A DNA stretch of 56,175 nucleotides, filler included, from Jimgerdemannia flammicorona (lineage: Eukaryota), in NCBI GenBank assembly GCA_003990765.1. It is 3 parts of 3 records of this genome, joined end to end, with 100 filler letters (N's around TTAATTAATTAA, not from the genome) between each part and the next. Parts side by side here need not be neighbours in the genome. Positions count along the whole stretch, not along the records: positions 1 to 18,659 come from RBNJ01002146.1; positions 18,760 to 37,417 come from RBNJ01002147.1; 1 more part is not named here. One strand, 5' to 3'. Shown one piece after another: positions 11,931-23,048 of the stretch. A model generated the notes under the pieces. That model was not told where the DNA came from and ran no database searches. It saw only the letters and a program-made list of their open reading frames with translations. Position numbers and translations under genes: made by a program. The number at the start of each line of letters is the position of its first letter. Positions within the stretch are counted from its first letter, which is position 1.

Positions 11931-14009
11931 CGCTCCAGCAGAACTGGAGGCACCAGAAGGTGATGAAAACGCAAAACGAGAGTGATGGATTGAAGAAGAA
12001 ATAGAGAGAAGACGCGAGTAAGCAATCAGAGGGCGTCAGGAAAGAGATGAAAGTCCATGGTATGAAAGAGAAGAGCACAGGACGGTATCAGGGTGTTGAG
12101 CGACCCAACGAGCATGATCAAATGGTACGACAAGAATCGGGGGTGGGAAAGAAGAGGGGGTATGGAGAGGGTAAGGGGGGAGAGAGAGAAGGGAGGGGGG
12201 GTAAAGGGGAGAGAGTAGGGAAGAGCGAACAACAGACCATTCGACAGAAGCAAGTAGATCGCGAATGATAGAAATAGGGTAGGCACGACGATGGACCACG
12301 AAGTTGCCAAGAACCCAAACCGCAGACACCCAATCAGAACGACGGGAGCAGCATAATGCAAGATGACGAGCCTCACCCCAAACGCATTCAAGAAGAGTGC
12401 GACGAGGATGATTGGACAAGAAGTCAGGGAACTGTTGGGAATAGGGAAAACGAGAATAAACAACAGTTCGGAAAGGAGAAAGAGAAAGGGAAAGGTCCAA
12501 AAAGGGAATACTAATCATACCGCACACCCAGGTAATAAAATGGTGGGGAGGGTAGACACCCAGGAACATACTAGGGATATCAATACCAGCAATAGCAAAG
12601 ACAATGAAGTCATCAATGTATCGGTGAAAGAAGATATCCCCAGCCCAGAACACAATGGAAAGAGGTGAAGTAATATCATGTAATGTATGCAATTCATGGG
12701 CCAGGCCAACAAGGTTGGTAAGAGTGGGGGCACAATTCATACCCATGGCAATACCAGAAGTCTGGTGGAAGGAGTCAAGGGCCAACTCAAAATAATTCGA
12801 GCCGCAGACGAGGAGCATAAGCTCAACAATGGAAGCCAGTGAAACCGGGGAATCCAAGGGAAAAACCAAGGAACCCAAGAAGCGAAGGCAGTCATCGATC
12901 TCATCAAAACGAATAGCAGTATAGAAGGAAGAGAAGTCACCAGAGGCCAAATGGAAAAAACGGTAAACAGGCACAATGGTGGAGCAGAGAAGGGCGAGCT
13001 CCTGAGTATCATGAAGAATAGTATACTCAGGCCCAAGACAGTGTTGTAAGAGAGCCATCCAGGAGAGAAAGAAGTGGGATAACCACTTCGAAATCTTGGT
13101 GGTAGGAGAACTGTACGCAGCCGTAATAGGACGCCAAGCCAAAGTAGGCTTGTGAACTTTAGGAAGAGCATAGAAAACTGGAAGAGAAATATCCAGGGAG
13201 GACAAAGAGTCCTGGAAGAAGTTAAAAATGGGGTTCATGAATGGGGAGTCCGAAAGCAACCTAGCATGAGCCAGAGAAACCCGAAGAAGAGTGAGAACCT
13301 CATCCAATCCTAGAGCACTAGGCTCGTAAGCCATGGCTCGAAGGAGGGCAGAAAGGCCATCAAGGTAGAGCAACTTAGGAATAAGTGCAAAACCCTGATT
13401 CTTATTAGTGACTGTGAGCAAGTGCATAGGCAATTGCTTGACCGATTTAAGCACAGTATGCACAGCACAGTCCGAAACCAAGCAAGAGCGAGCTCATCCA
13501 GGAACGGACAGTGAGCAGGCCATGTCGAGGAATATGCAGTGTGAAGAGACATTGGGAGGGGGGACCCAATCGCTAGGAACAAAATAGCGAGAGGGCATCT
13601 CACCACGATCTTGAAAGAAAATGGCAAGGTCAAGAGCACGACGAAAACGTGTTAGATGAGCTGGATCAGTAAAGGAGAATTGTGAGAGAGTCACAGGAAA
13701 AACAAAGCGAGGACCCAAGGATAAGGCAAAGACTTGAAGGGGAGAAAGGGGGCAGTCAGCCAAAGAAAAAGGAGGAGACAAAAGTGTTCCAAGAGAAGAA
13801 TAAACCCGAAAATTCGGGACAAGCAACTGGGAAAGGCGAAGGGGGGACAATATGAGGAACCACTCAGGGTGCACCAGAAGCGATGATGGAATCCGAGAAG
13901 GGACAGGGACACCGAGGGAGAACCACACCGGGGGGAAGTTTAAGAGTGGGAGGCCTTCTCCTTCCCTCTGACTTTTTTTGAAGGTGGCGAGCCCGACGAA
14001 TGGGAGCAC
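11925..14009 (-). pseudogene. Penelope-like element reverse transcriptase, no endonuclease (left arm)
   Basis: PLE RT motifs TNKNQGF, FYALPKVHKP..WRPI, GDFSSFYTAI, QTSGIAMG, RYIDD, IPFLDL, SNHP. Reading through TGA stops gives ..RPLIAYSRLLSISSSIHHSR..AGAD*, with the TAA inside the 15-bp IR. No GIY-YIG motif follows. Confidence 0.88.
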
Positions 14010-14967
14010 ACCCCATCAGAGTGCCAGACCTTGCGGCCACAGGCTTTCATGCAGCCCTTATATTCAGGAGCATGGGTGGAGGAGGCGGAGGAGGAACCAG
14101 TGGAGGAGGCCGAAGGTGAGAGGCCGATGAAGCCTGGTTGGGCTTGGCGGGGGTCTTGGCAGGGGTCTTGGAGAGGGCCTTGGTGGCGGCAGTGGCAAAG
14201 GAACGAACCTCAGCACAAGCGGAAGCACGAGCTTCAGCATGGATGGCCTCGGAGACCGAAACCTCGGGGGAGGTAGGCAGAGGAGTAGTGGCGGCGGTGT
14301 GAGCAGCGGCGGCAGCACGAGATGACTCCTGCTCATGAAGGCGAGCGACAAAAGAGGTGCCGGCAAGGAGGAAGTGATGTACAGCATCGATGTCGGCAGC
14401 AACAGAAGGAATGTCTTGGATGGCGAAGCCACAGAAGGGGGCAGCATCTGAAAGGCGAGAGGAGGCAAAGGCCACGAAAGTGGCACAGGCTTGTTGGAAG
14501 GAGGCAGAAGCGGTGGCGGCGGAAGCAGTGGCGGCATCAGCGGCGGCGAGCTTGGCGGCGGCAGTGGCGGCACGGACCTCTTCGGAGAGGGCTTGGCAGC
14601 GGGCCTCGGGGAGGACAGAGTAGTGGACGGCGGGCGGAGCGATGACGTCGATGTCATGGCGGAGACGAGCCTCCTTGGCGGAGAGGGCAAGAACTGACTG
14701 GAACTGAGAGAGGAGTGGACAACCAGAAGGATGAAGGTCCAAAGGGAGGGAGAGAATGGCAGAAGAGATGTAGGTCTCGAAGGAGACAGTGGTGGGGGTG
14801 AAGGCAGGGGGAGGGGGAGGAGGAAGTACCTCATCCATGAGCTCGTCGATGAGGACAGAGGCCCTGAGGGCAGGCAGTACAGCAGAGGAGGAAGAAGGCC
14901 CAGTGGGAGCCAAGGGAGCGAACCCAGAGCCAGTGTCAAAGCGAATGGAAGATATGTGGAAGAGCAT
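13940..14967 (-). pseudogene. ORF1 of the Penelope-like element, left arm (202-bp deletion, frameshifted)
   Basis: Near-identical to 15637-16854 but lacks the segment equivalent to 16474-16675. Confidence 0.8.
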
Positions 14968-15205
14968 GTATAAGGGGGACGAACAAAGAACATAACCGAA
15001 AATGCATCAGCCATTTATTGCCACGTAAAAACGTGGTTCTTATATACAAAATACAACATCCCAAAAGGGAGGATGCGCCACAACTCGGGGTGAACCGAAT
15101 TAGGAACCACATGACTGCCAGAGATAGGTGGAGATAAAGGGGGAGCCAATCCCAGTTGCAGGATAAAAATCACAAACAAATACAAACAAAACAAATCCAA
15201 ATCGA

Positions 15206-15386
15206 GATTAAAAAACATCCTTGCCCCCTCTGGGGTCTCATGCTCGCTCCAGGGTCTCGGCCTTACTCTGCTCCCCTCTGCTGCCTTTGGCCCCTCGCTT
15301 CGCTCGGACTCACTGTGGCTCGCTCTGTTTTGGCCTCACCCCTCGCTCGTGCTCACCCCTCCAGGGTCTGTGGATGTTTTTTAATC
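15206..15386. repeat. Palindrome centre: 15-bp IR GATTAAAAAACATCC / GGATGTTTTTTAATC enclosing a 151-bp loop
   Basis: IRs at 15206-15220 and 15372-15386; flanks are reverse complements out to 12135 and 18659 (gap). Confidence 0.92.
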
Positions 15387-15636
15387 TCGATTTGGATTTG
15401 TTTTGTTTGTGTTTATTTGTGATTTTTATCCTGCAACTGGGATTGGCTCCCCCTTTATCTCTGCCTATCTCCGGCGGTCATGTGGTTCCTAATTCGGTTC
15501 GCCCCGAGTTGTGGCACGTCCTCCCTTTTGGGATGTCATATTTTGTATATAAGGACCGTGTTTTTACGTGACAATAAACGGCTGATGCATTTTCGGTTAC
15601 GTTCTTTGTTCATCCCCCTTATACACACTCTTCCAC

Positions 15637-16854
15637 ATGTCTTCCGTTCACTTTGACACTGGCTCTGGGTTCACTCCCTTGGCTCCTGCTGGGCCTTCTT
15701 CCTCCTCTGCTGTACCGCCTGCCCTCGGGGCCTCCATCCTCATCGACGAGCTCATAGATGAGGTACTTCCTCCTCCCCCTCCCCCTGCCTTCACCCCCGC
15801 CACTGTCTCCTTCGAGACCTATGTCTCTTCTGCCATTCTCTCCCTCCCTTTGGACCTTTGTCCTTCTGGTCGTCCACTCCTCTCTCAGTTCCGGTCGGTT
15901 CTTGCCCTCTCCGCCAAGGAGGCTCGTCTCCGCCATGACATCGACATTGTCGCTCCACCTGCCATCTGCTACTCTGTCCTCCCCGAGGCCCGCCACCAAG
16001 CCCTCTCCGAAGAGGTCCGTGCCGCCACTGCCGCCGCCAAGCTTGCCGCCGCTGATGCCGCTGCTGCTTCCGCTGCCACCACTGCCGCCTCCTTCCAACA
16101 AGCCTGTGCCACTTTCATAGCCTTTGCCTCCTCTCACCTTTCGGATGCTGCCCCCTTCTGTGGCTTCGCCATCCAAGACGTTCCTTCTGTCGCCGCTGAC
16201 ATCGACACTGTACGTCGCTTCCTCCTCGCCGGCACCTCTTTTGTCGCTCACCTTCACGAGCAGGAGTCATCTCGTGCTGCCGCCGCTGCTCACGCCACCG
16301 CCACTGCTCCTCTGCCTACCTCCCCCAAGATTTCGGTCTCCGAGGCCATCCGCGCTAAAGCTTGTGCTGCCGCTCATGCTGAGGTTCATTCCTTTGCCAC
16401 TGCCGCCACCAAGGCCCCCTCCAAGACCCCCACCAAGACCCCGGCCAAGCCCAACCAGGCTTCGTCAGCCTCTTCCTGGTCTCCCTCCCCCACCAAGGCT
16501 TCCTCCTCTGTTCCCCCTGCCCCCAAGTGTGGCCGCCAACTTGGTTCTCGCCCCATCGGGGCCTGGCCTTGCGCTGTCTGCTCTGGCTGCCTCTACCATG
16601 CCTACTGGCACCCGGCCAAGTCTGTCTGTCCCCATGGTGGTGTTCCTCGCGCTGCTGCCCCTTCGGCTGCTCGCTCGCCTTCAGCCTCCTCTGCCGGTTC
16701 CTCCTCCACCTCCTCCACCCGTGCTCCTGAATGTAAGGGCTGCACGAAAGCCTGTGGCCACAAGGTCTGGCACTCTGATGGGGTGTGCTCCCATTCGTCG
16801 GGCTCGCCACCTTCAAAAAAAGTCAGAGAGAAGGGAAAGGCCTCCCGCTCTTAA
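15637..16854 (+). CDS. ORF1 of the Penelope-like element (405 aa; Ala-rich helical region, two CxxC..WH..VCxH Zn fingers)
   Basis: Intact ORF; CAVCSGCLYHAYWHPAKSVCPH and CKGCTKACGHKVWHSDGVCSH; overlaps the RT frame. Confidence 0.75.
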   Translation: MSSVHFDTGSGFTPLAPAGPSSSSAVPPALGASILIDELIDEVLPPPPPPAFTPATVSFETYVSSAILSLPLDLCPSGRPLLSQFRSVLALSAKEARLRHDIDIVAPPAICYSVLPEARHQALSEEVRAATAAAKLAAADAAAASAATTAASFQQACATFIAFASSHLSDAAPFCGFAIQDVPSVAADIDTVRRFLLAGTSFVAHLHEQESSRAAAAAHATATAPLPTSPKISVSEAIRAKACAAAHAEVHSFATAATKAPSKTPTKTPAKPNQASSASSWSPSPTKASSSVPPAPKCGRQLGSRPIGAWPCAVCSGCLYHAYWHPAKSVCPHGGVPRAAAPSAARSPSASSAGSSSTSSTRAPECKGCTKACGHKVWHSDGVCSHSSGSPPSKKVREKGKASRS

Positions 16855-18659
16855 ACTTCCCCCCAGCGTGGTTCTCTCTCGGTGTCCCCATCCCTTCTCG
16901 GATTCCGTCGTCACTTCTGGTGCACCCTGAGTGGTTCCTCATGTTGTCCCCCCTTCACCTTTCCCAGTTGCTTGTCCCGAATTTTTGGGTTTATTCTTCT
17001 CTTGGAACACTTTTGTCTCCTCCTTTTTCTTTGGCTGACTGCCCCCTTTCTCCCCTTCAAGTCTTTGCCTTATCCTTGGGTCCTCACTTTGTTTTTCCTG
17101 CGACTCTCTCACAATTCTCCTTCACTGATCCGGCTCGTCTAACACATTTTCGTCATGCTCTTAACCTTGCCATTTTCTTTCAAGATCGTGGTGAGATGCC
17201 CTCTCGCTATTTTGTTCCTAGCGATTGGGTCCCCCCTCCCAATGTCTCTTCACACTGCGTATTCCTCGACATGGCCTGCTCACTGTCCGTTCCTGGACAA
17301 GCTTGCTCTTGCTTGGTTTCGGACCATGCCGTGCGTACCGCGCTTAAATCAGTCAAGCAATTGCCTATGCACTTGCTCATAGTCACTGATAAGAATCAGG
17401 GTTTTGCACTTATTCCTAAGTCACTCTACCTTGATGGCCTTTCTACCCTCCTTTGAGCCACAGCTTATGAGCCTAGTGCTCTAGGATTGGATGAGGTTCT
17501 CACTCTTCTTCGGGTTTCTCTGGCTCATGCTAGGTTGCTTTCAGACTCTCTATTCGCGAACCCCATTTTTAACTTCTTCCAGGACTCTTTGTCCTCCCCA
17601 GATATTTCTCTTCCGGTTTTCTATGCTCTTCCTAAAGTTCACAAGCCTACTTTGGCTTGGCGTCCTATTACGGCTACGTACAGTTCTCCTACCACTGAGA
17701 TTTCGAAGAGGTTATCCCGCTTCTTTCTCTCCTGGATGGCTCTCTTACAATACCGTCTTGGGCCTGAGTATACTATTCTTTGTGATACTCAGGAGCTCGC
17801 CCTTCTCTGCTCCACCATTGTGCCTGTTCACTGTTTTTCCCATTTGACCTCTGGTGACTTCTCTTCCTTCTACACTGCTATTCGTTTTGATGAGATCGAT
17901 GACTGCCTTCGCTTCTTGGGTTCCTTGGTTTTTCTCTCGGATTCCCCGGTTTCGCTGGCTTCCATTGTTGAGCTTACGCTCCTCGTCTGTGGCTCAAATT
18001 ATTTTGAGTCGGCCCTTGGCTCCTTTCACCAGACTTCTGGTATTGCCATGGGTATGAATTGTACCCCCACCCTTGCCAACCTTGTTGGCCTGGCCCATGA
18101 ATTGCATGCGTTACATGATATTACTTCACCTCTTTCCATTGCGTTCTGGGCTGGGGATATCTTCTTTCGCTGATATATTGATGACTTCATTGTCTTCGCT
18201 GTTGCTGGTATTGATATCTCTAGTGTGTTCCTGGGCATCTACCCTCCCCACCATTCTATTACCTAGGTGTGCGGTACGACTAGTATTCCCTTTTTGGACC
18301 TTTCCATTTCTCTTTCTCCTTTCCAAACTGTTGTTTATTCTCATTTTCCCCATTCCCAACAGTTCCCTGACTTCTTGTCCAATCATCCTCGTCGCACTCT
18401 TCTTGAATGCGTTTGGGGTGAGGCTCGTCATCTTGCATTATGCTGCTCCCGTCGTTCTGATTGGGTGTCAGCGGTTTGGGTTCTTGGCAACTTCGTGGTC
18501 CATCATCGTGCCTACCCTATTTCTATCATTCGCGATCTACTTGCTTCTGTTGAATGGTCTATTGTTCACTCTTCCCTACTCTCTCCCCTTTACCCCCCCT
18601 CCCTTCCCTCTCTCCCCCCTTACCCTCTCCGTACCCCCTCTTCTTTCCCACCCCCGATT
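16785..18659 (+). pseudogene. Penelope-like RT, right arm (in-frame stops; runs into the gap)
   Basis: VTDKNQGF, FYALPKVHKP, GIAMGMNCTPTLANL, *YIDD, IPFLDL, SNHP; same frame across ORFs 16785, 17487 and 18267. Confidence 0.88.
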
Positions 18660-18758
18660 NNNNNNNNNNNNNNNNNNNNNNNNNNNNNNNNNNNNNNNNN
18701 NNNTTAATTAATTAANNNNNNNNNNNNNNNNNNNNNNNNNNNNNNNNNNNNNNNNNNN
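18660..18758. other. Assembly gap with artificial linker
   Basis: N-run, TTAATTAATTAA, N-run. Confidence 0.97.
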
Positions 18759-19334
18759 NGGAGATGGTGGAGGGAGTGGGTGGGGTTTGGGTTGGGGCTT
18801 GGGGAGGTGGTGGAGGGCATGGGGTGGGGTTCGGGGTGGGGCGTGGGCGGTGGAGGTCAGCGGGAGTGAAAAGCGCCGGGGTGGGATAGGGTCGGCGGGC
18901 GCTATAAAATACAGCTGGATACCTTATTATTTCTATTTTATCATTGTAATAAATTATTCAATGGACGTGGTTCAGGTGGACATGGTTCGGGTTGACGTGA
19001 TTATATGGTTTTTGATATTACAGCGAGCGAGATTGTTATCGCAAGGAGGAGAACGGCGATCAAAACAGCCAACGAAGGCGTGGAGCCATAAGAACTATAC
19101 AGCCGAAAATGGACGCAAATCTAGAGTTCAAAACAAAGTTCGCAACTGGGAGCCCACCAACGGCATGTAACCTACGCCTGCGCATTGATCAAACGCAAGC
19201 CTACCGCAAATCCAGCGGATACTGTCAAGCTAAGGACGTCCGAGAAATCCTAAAAGTCCGAAACAACCTCCGAGTCAACCACGATTTAAGCGGGAGTAAC
19301 CCGTAATAACGACATCCGTAACAAACGACATATA

Positions 19335-19390
19335 CGTTTATCCGGCTCTTACGACGCCGACTGGACTAGGGATATCGACGATCGACGCTA
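19335..19390 (+). mobile_element. Tiny Ty1/Copia RNase H fragment
   Basis: LSGSYDADWTRDIDDRR resembles the Copia GYSDADWAGDxDDRRS motif. Confidence 0.55.
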
Positions 19391-19991
19391 TAACACGTTA
19401 TAATACTGCGATGAGCAAATGGGACTTTTTTGAACTCATTTCTTGCTTTATTTCTAAGTACAAACTTTACACGTGACTTTTCAAACGGCGAAAAGCCTCC
19501 AGATATGCGGTATTACATTTCTTTGATTTTTCTTCTCATCACATCACACTACTTGTTGATCATAATGTCCCAGTGCCTTTTCCGCATAAAGGTGAAAAAT
19601 CACCCAACCATCGTCCACGCCACAAAAATACCTCGACCGCCATCTCTGCAACCTCCCTCCTGATGGTCTTCCGAAAATTCTCCTCTTGATCACACTCACA
19701 CCCCCCTCCTCATCGCCTTCCTGCCTCTCCTCCTAGGTTCTCCTTATGACATCGATATATTTAATTCTCTATCACACACCACTACTCAGCTCAAGACCGC
19801 GCCTCAGTAACACCCTGAATAGATAGAATTGTTAATCCCGCCATGACTTCGTATCTGATCAATCCAACAAGCTAGACCGGAAGTGGATAGTATGTCAGAG
19901 CCAGGGTCCTCCTGGGACGAGCTATCCAGTTGAACAGGTTAAGCAGGCCGTACTCCGGTCTGCGCACCCCAGGCTGCTCTTGGCAGTCTCC

Positions 19992-20117
19992 AAGGCGGAC
20001 GCCAACACCAAGAACAACAACGATTCGACACTGCTTTTCTTTTCTACGGAGAAAGGCCACTTGAAGGTCGTGAGGTTACTAATGGCCGAGTTCGCGGCGG
20101 ACTCCAACGCCAACTCG
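19992..20117 (+). pseudogene. Ankyrin-repeat fragment
   Basis: KADANTKNNNDSTLLFFSTEKGHLKVVRLLMAEFAADSNA fits the ankyrin consensus (ADVNAKD..G.TPLH.A...GH.EVVKLLL..GAD.N). No full gene visible. Confidence 0.6.
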
Positions 20118-20164
20118 TGGGAGGTTCGGGGTGGAAAATGCATGCTGCCGGCGTAAAGGCTTCA

Positions 20165-20265
20165 GGATAGGACGAATTGAAGGAGACAGGGGTAGGACGA
20201 ATAGAAAGAGACAGGGTAGGACGAGTAGAAGGAGAGAGAGGTAGGACGAGTAGAAGGAGACAGAG
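20165..20265 (+). repeat. Short tandem repeat (GGTAGGACGARTAGAAGGAGACAG, ~4 copies)
   Basis: Directly visible repeated unit. Confidence 0.8.
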
Positions 20266-21123
20266 TTAACGACTGCTAAGGAGTGGTTCCCACGTTTCGC
20301 AAAAGTGTCTTCAGTATAGATCCTACACTTACGCCGATGTCGTAGTTTCCTGAGAGGTAGTGTACGTGTGACGCGGGCGCCCAGCGCGGCAGATGAAAGA
20401 AGGTTTCCTCAGTGTTCAGTGTTCCATGCGTCGCCGTCAGACCACTCACGGCCGTCATGGAGTACCGTGTGGCGTCTTCGTCAGTTCTTATGCGTGTAGA
20501 ACTGGAAATTTCCCGTGCTGCCGTACGAGTTCGCGTCAGCGATTTGCGGGTACGTCAACATTGCAATATGAAAGGGGTGACGTAGGAGGCGTTCGCGCGC
20601 CATGGCAGGGGCGGGGGGGGCGGGGGTTGGGTATGATCCAGATAATATAGCAGGTGAGCTCCAAGTAGGACAAGTAATGTTTGAAGAATGTCTTTTGGGT
20701 TCGTGAAATGGGAATTGCATACATGAATATATGCCGTCAAATTTGTCAGGTTTTCATGCGACGGCAGCCAGCTAGTACCAGAGGTGATGGGATTCGTTCA
20801 TTTGGAACTCATAATGTAAACAATTGAAAGGTATCTAAAGATAAAGAAGCCTCGTGTGGAGTTTCAATTCCCTTCTGTTGCCTTCCTCGGACATTCCGAG
20901 ACTCGTTTTGGGCTGTGCCCTTTGCTCAAACCCCTCCCATTCCTCTTTTACACTCCTTTTACTTTGTATGGGTTCTTAAAAACTGACTAATTGCGTGTAT
21001 TTGAGATGCCCTTAATAGAGGTATTCGGCCAATAAACACGCTGAGAAAGAGGCAAGTCAATGAAAGCATATGGTGGCGGCTAACTGTTCGCAGAGTTCCG
21101 TGCACTCAATATATTTATAACTA

Positions 21124-22423
21124 CTAATCTATATCGTGAAATATCGGAGAATTAATTACATCACAATTCACATTCTGGACTTGGATACTTGTTCGCTGCT
21201 CTATCAACTTCAACCGATGCTGCTGGGCCTCTTCCAACGTGAATCCCCACTTGGCCAACTCCATGATCTTGAGTAATATTTCGGTCGGCATCTCTCTCCC
21301 TATCGTCCACACCACCACCTCATTCAGTGCCGTCATTACCCGGGGAAACACATGTTCCCATTGCTGCTCAGGTACATGCTTGGTGGACACAATCTCTCGC
21401 TCCGGATTAACAAGGAAAAAACTGAGAATTTTGCAGAGGCCGACCTCGTTCTTCGACTTGTTAAGAATAGTAGATACCTCATTCTGCAGTCCGTTGCCCT
21501 TGCCAAACGCGACTAGTCGGCCCTCCTTTACCTTGACATCCCACCACGATGCAGTAAAGTGCCGCTTCCTATGCTGGAAAGCGAGGCGGCTGTCGCTAAG
21601 GTGCGGGGAGACCGAGTAGTAGTAGACACCAGAGGCGATGATGTGCTCGTTTGACAAGCCTTCCAAATACCGCTCCTCTATGTCCATATTATCACCAGGC
21701 GGGATAACGTAGTTGACCGCTTTGACAATGACTTGCAACTCGCGGGAACGGAGGGGCATCTCCAGGATTTGCTCGAACATTGGGAGGAAGAGTGAAAAGC
21801 CGAGTTCGATGGCCTTGTATAAATCTCGGTGAGCCATGTCGAGGTTGTTGATGTAGGACTTGACACTTGTGGAACCATCATTTCCCACATAAAATTGGGC
21901 AGGGAGCCACTGGTACGGCGATATCACCCACTCCCCCCGAATACGGATAAATTGCGCCACCGAATGATGAGGCCGGATAGACGGGTCAAGAACGGTGCTG
22001 ACGCCCTCAACGTACGGGAACAAGGAAGGATGGATAAGAGCTTGAACCTTGTTGTCCGTCTTGGGGTGGTAATCCTTGAACGGCCTGGTCGCGATGACGT
22101 CTAACCCGCTGTTGAGAAGCTTGTGGAGGTTCGCGGGCATAACATTATCTGCTACCCGGACTCCAGGTAGAGGCCGGGCCATGATTTTGCCGACAACATT
22201 CTGCGCTGATGCGACCTCAGCACGCAGGTCTACCGTTTTGAAGGCGTCCTTACGAAGAGCGATCAGTGCGGCGACTGGAAATTTCAGAGCATTTGATAAG
22301 GTTTGGAAGCGAGCCTACAGCAGAAGGGTATGTGTGAGTTAGGAGATGTTGGCTTAAATTAACGAACGTTAAATATGCGAATATATAAAAACGGTGCAAT
22401 ACCTTTCGTTTGTTATATGACAT
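21124..22423 (-). CDS. DUF4246-like protein (2OG-Fe(II) dioxygenase-like family), 2 exons
   Basis: Exon 1 22403-22423 (MSYNKRK), GT..AG intron, exon 2 22314-21124 in frame. Motifs LIHPSLFP, YQWLP, SYINNL, LQVIVK, EGLSNEHIIASGVYYY, KILSFFLVNP..IVST..VPEQQ, TLEEAQQHRLKLIEQR. Confidence 0.8.
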
Positions 22424-23048
22424 ATTTCGGTATTAACGAAGAGAATATAGTGCGGAACAGCTTGACATTACAAGCCACAAACATTTAAAGTCACGAGAGC
22501 AACATCTAAATTAAGCCGCCACTTTCAAAGACGACGGATTCCTTGACATTGACAACGTTAAGGCACTGCCACCGAATATATGGCTAAAGCTACAACTACA
22601 CTATGCATTCCTACCAGCTGGAACTTAATCTTAATACCACATACGAGTGCCTTCATATACTTGAAGTCAGTGAGCCACTGAGCTCGTCAACAGAACCAAT
22701 CAAAAATTTGTCAGATATGAGAGGTTGATAGAAGAGATGGAAATTAACACCATCAACATTTAAATTCTTCCTTCTCATTTGTAGCTTTAAGATCTCTCTC
22801 TTCCATCTACTATTGCCATATTTAGAAATTCAAAGCTATATAACAGCTTCTTGCAAGCATGATATGACTAAGACAATAAGATATATAGAAGATATTTCTT
22901 TATAAGTTAATTCTAAATATAGAGTTATATACTATTTTATTATAGTCTATATTCTCTATATATAGGAAACTCTGGACAATTATATAGATATATATTAAAA
23001 TCAGAATAACTTATTATAGTTTTCTTTATAATATTATAATTTGCTAAC

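Noticed and set aside
11425..15640. Hammerhead ribozyme expected in PLE pseudo-LTRs
   Set aside because: No CUGAUGA...GAAA core found by eye on either strand (nearest is CTGATGC at ~15582). A covariance-model search is needed to exclude variants.
11925..18659. DIRS/tyrosine-recombinase element or group II intron explanation for the inverted RT copies
   Set aside because: No recombinase, RNase H or maturase motifs; the RT motifs (PKVHK..RPI, GIAMG, RYIDD, FLDL, SNHP) are Penelope-like.
18704..18715. TTAATTAATTAA palindrome inside N-runs (also ~37462-37473)
   Set aside because: Artificial contig linker; adjacency across the gaps is not evidence of biological linkage.
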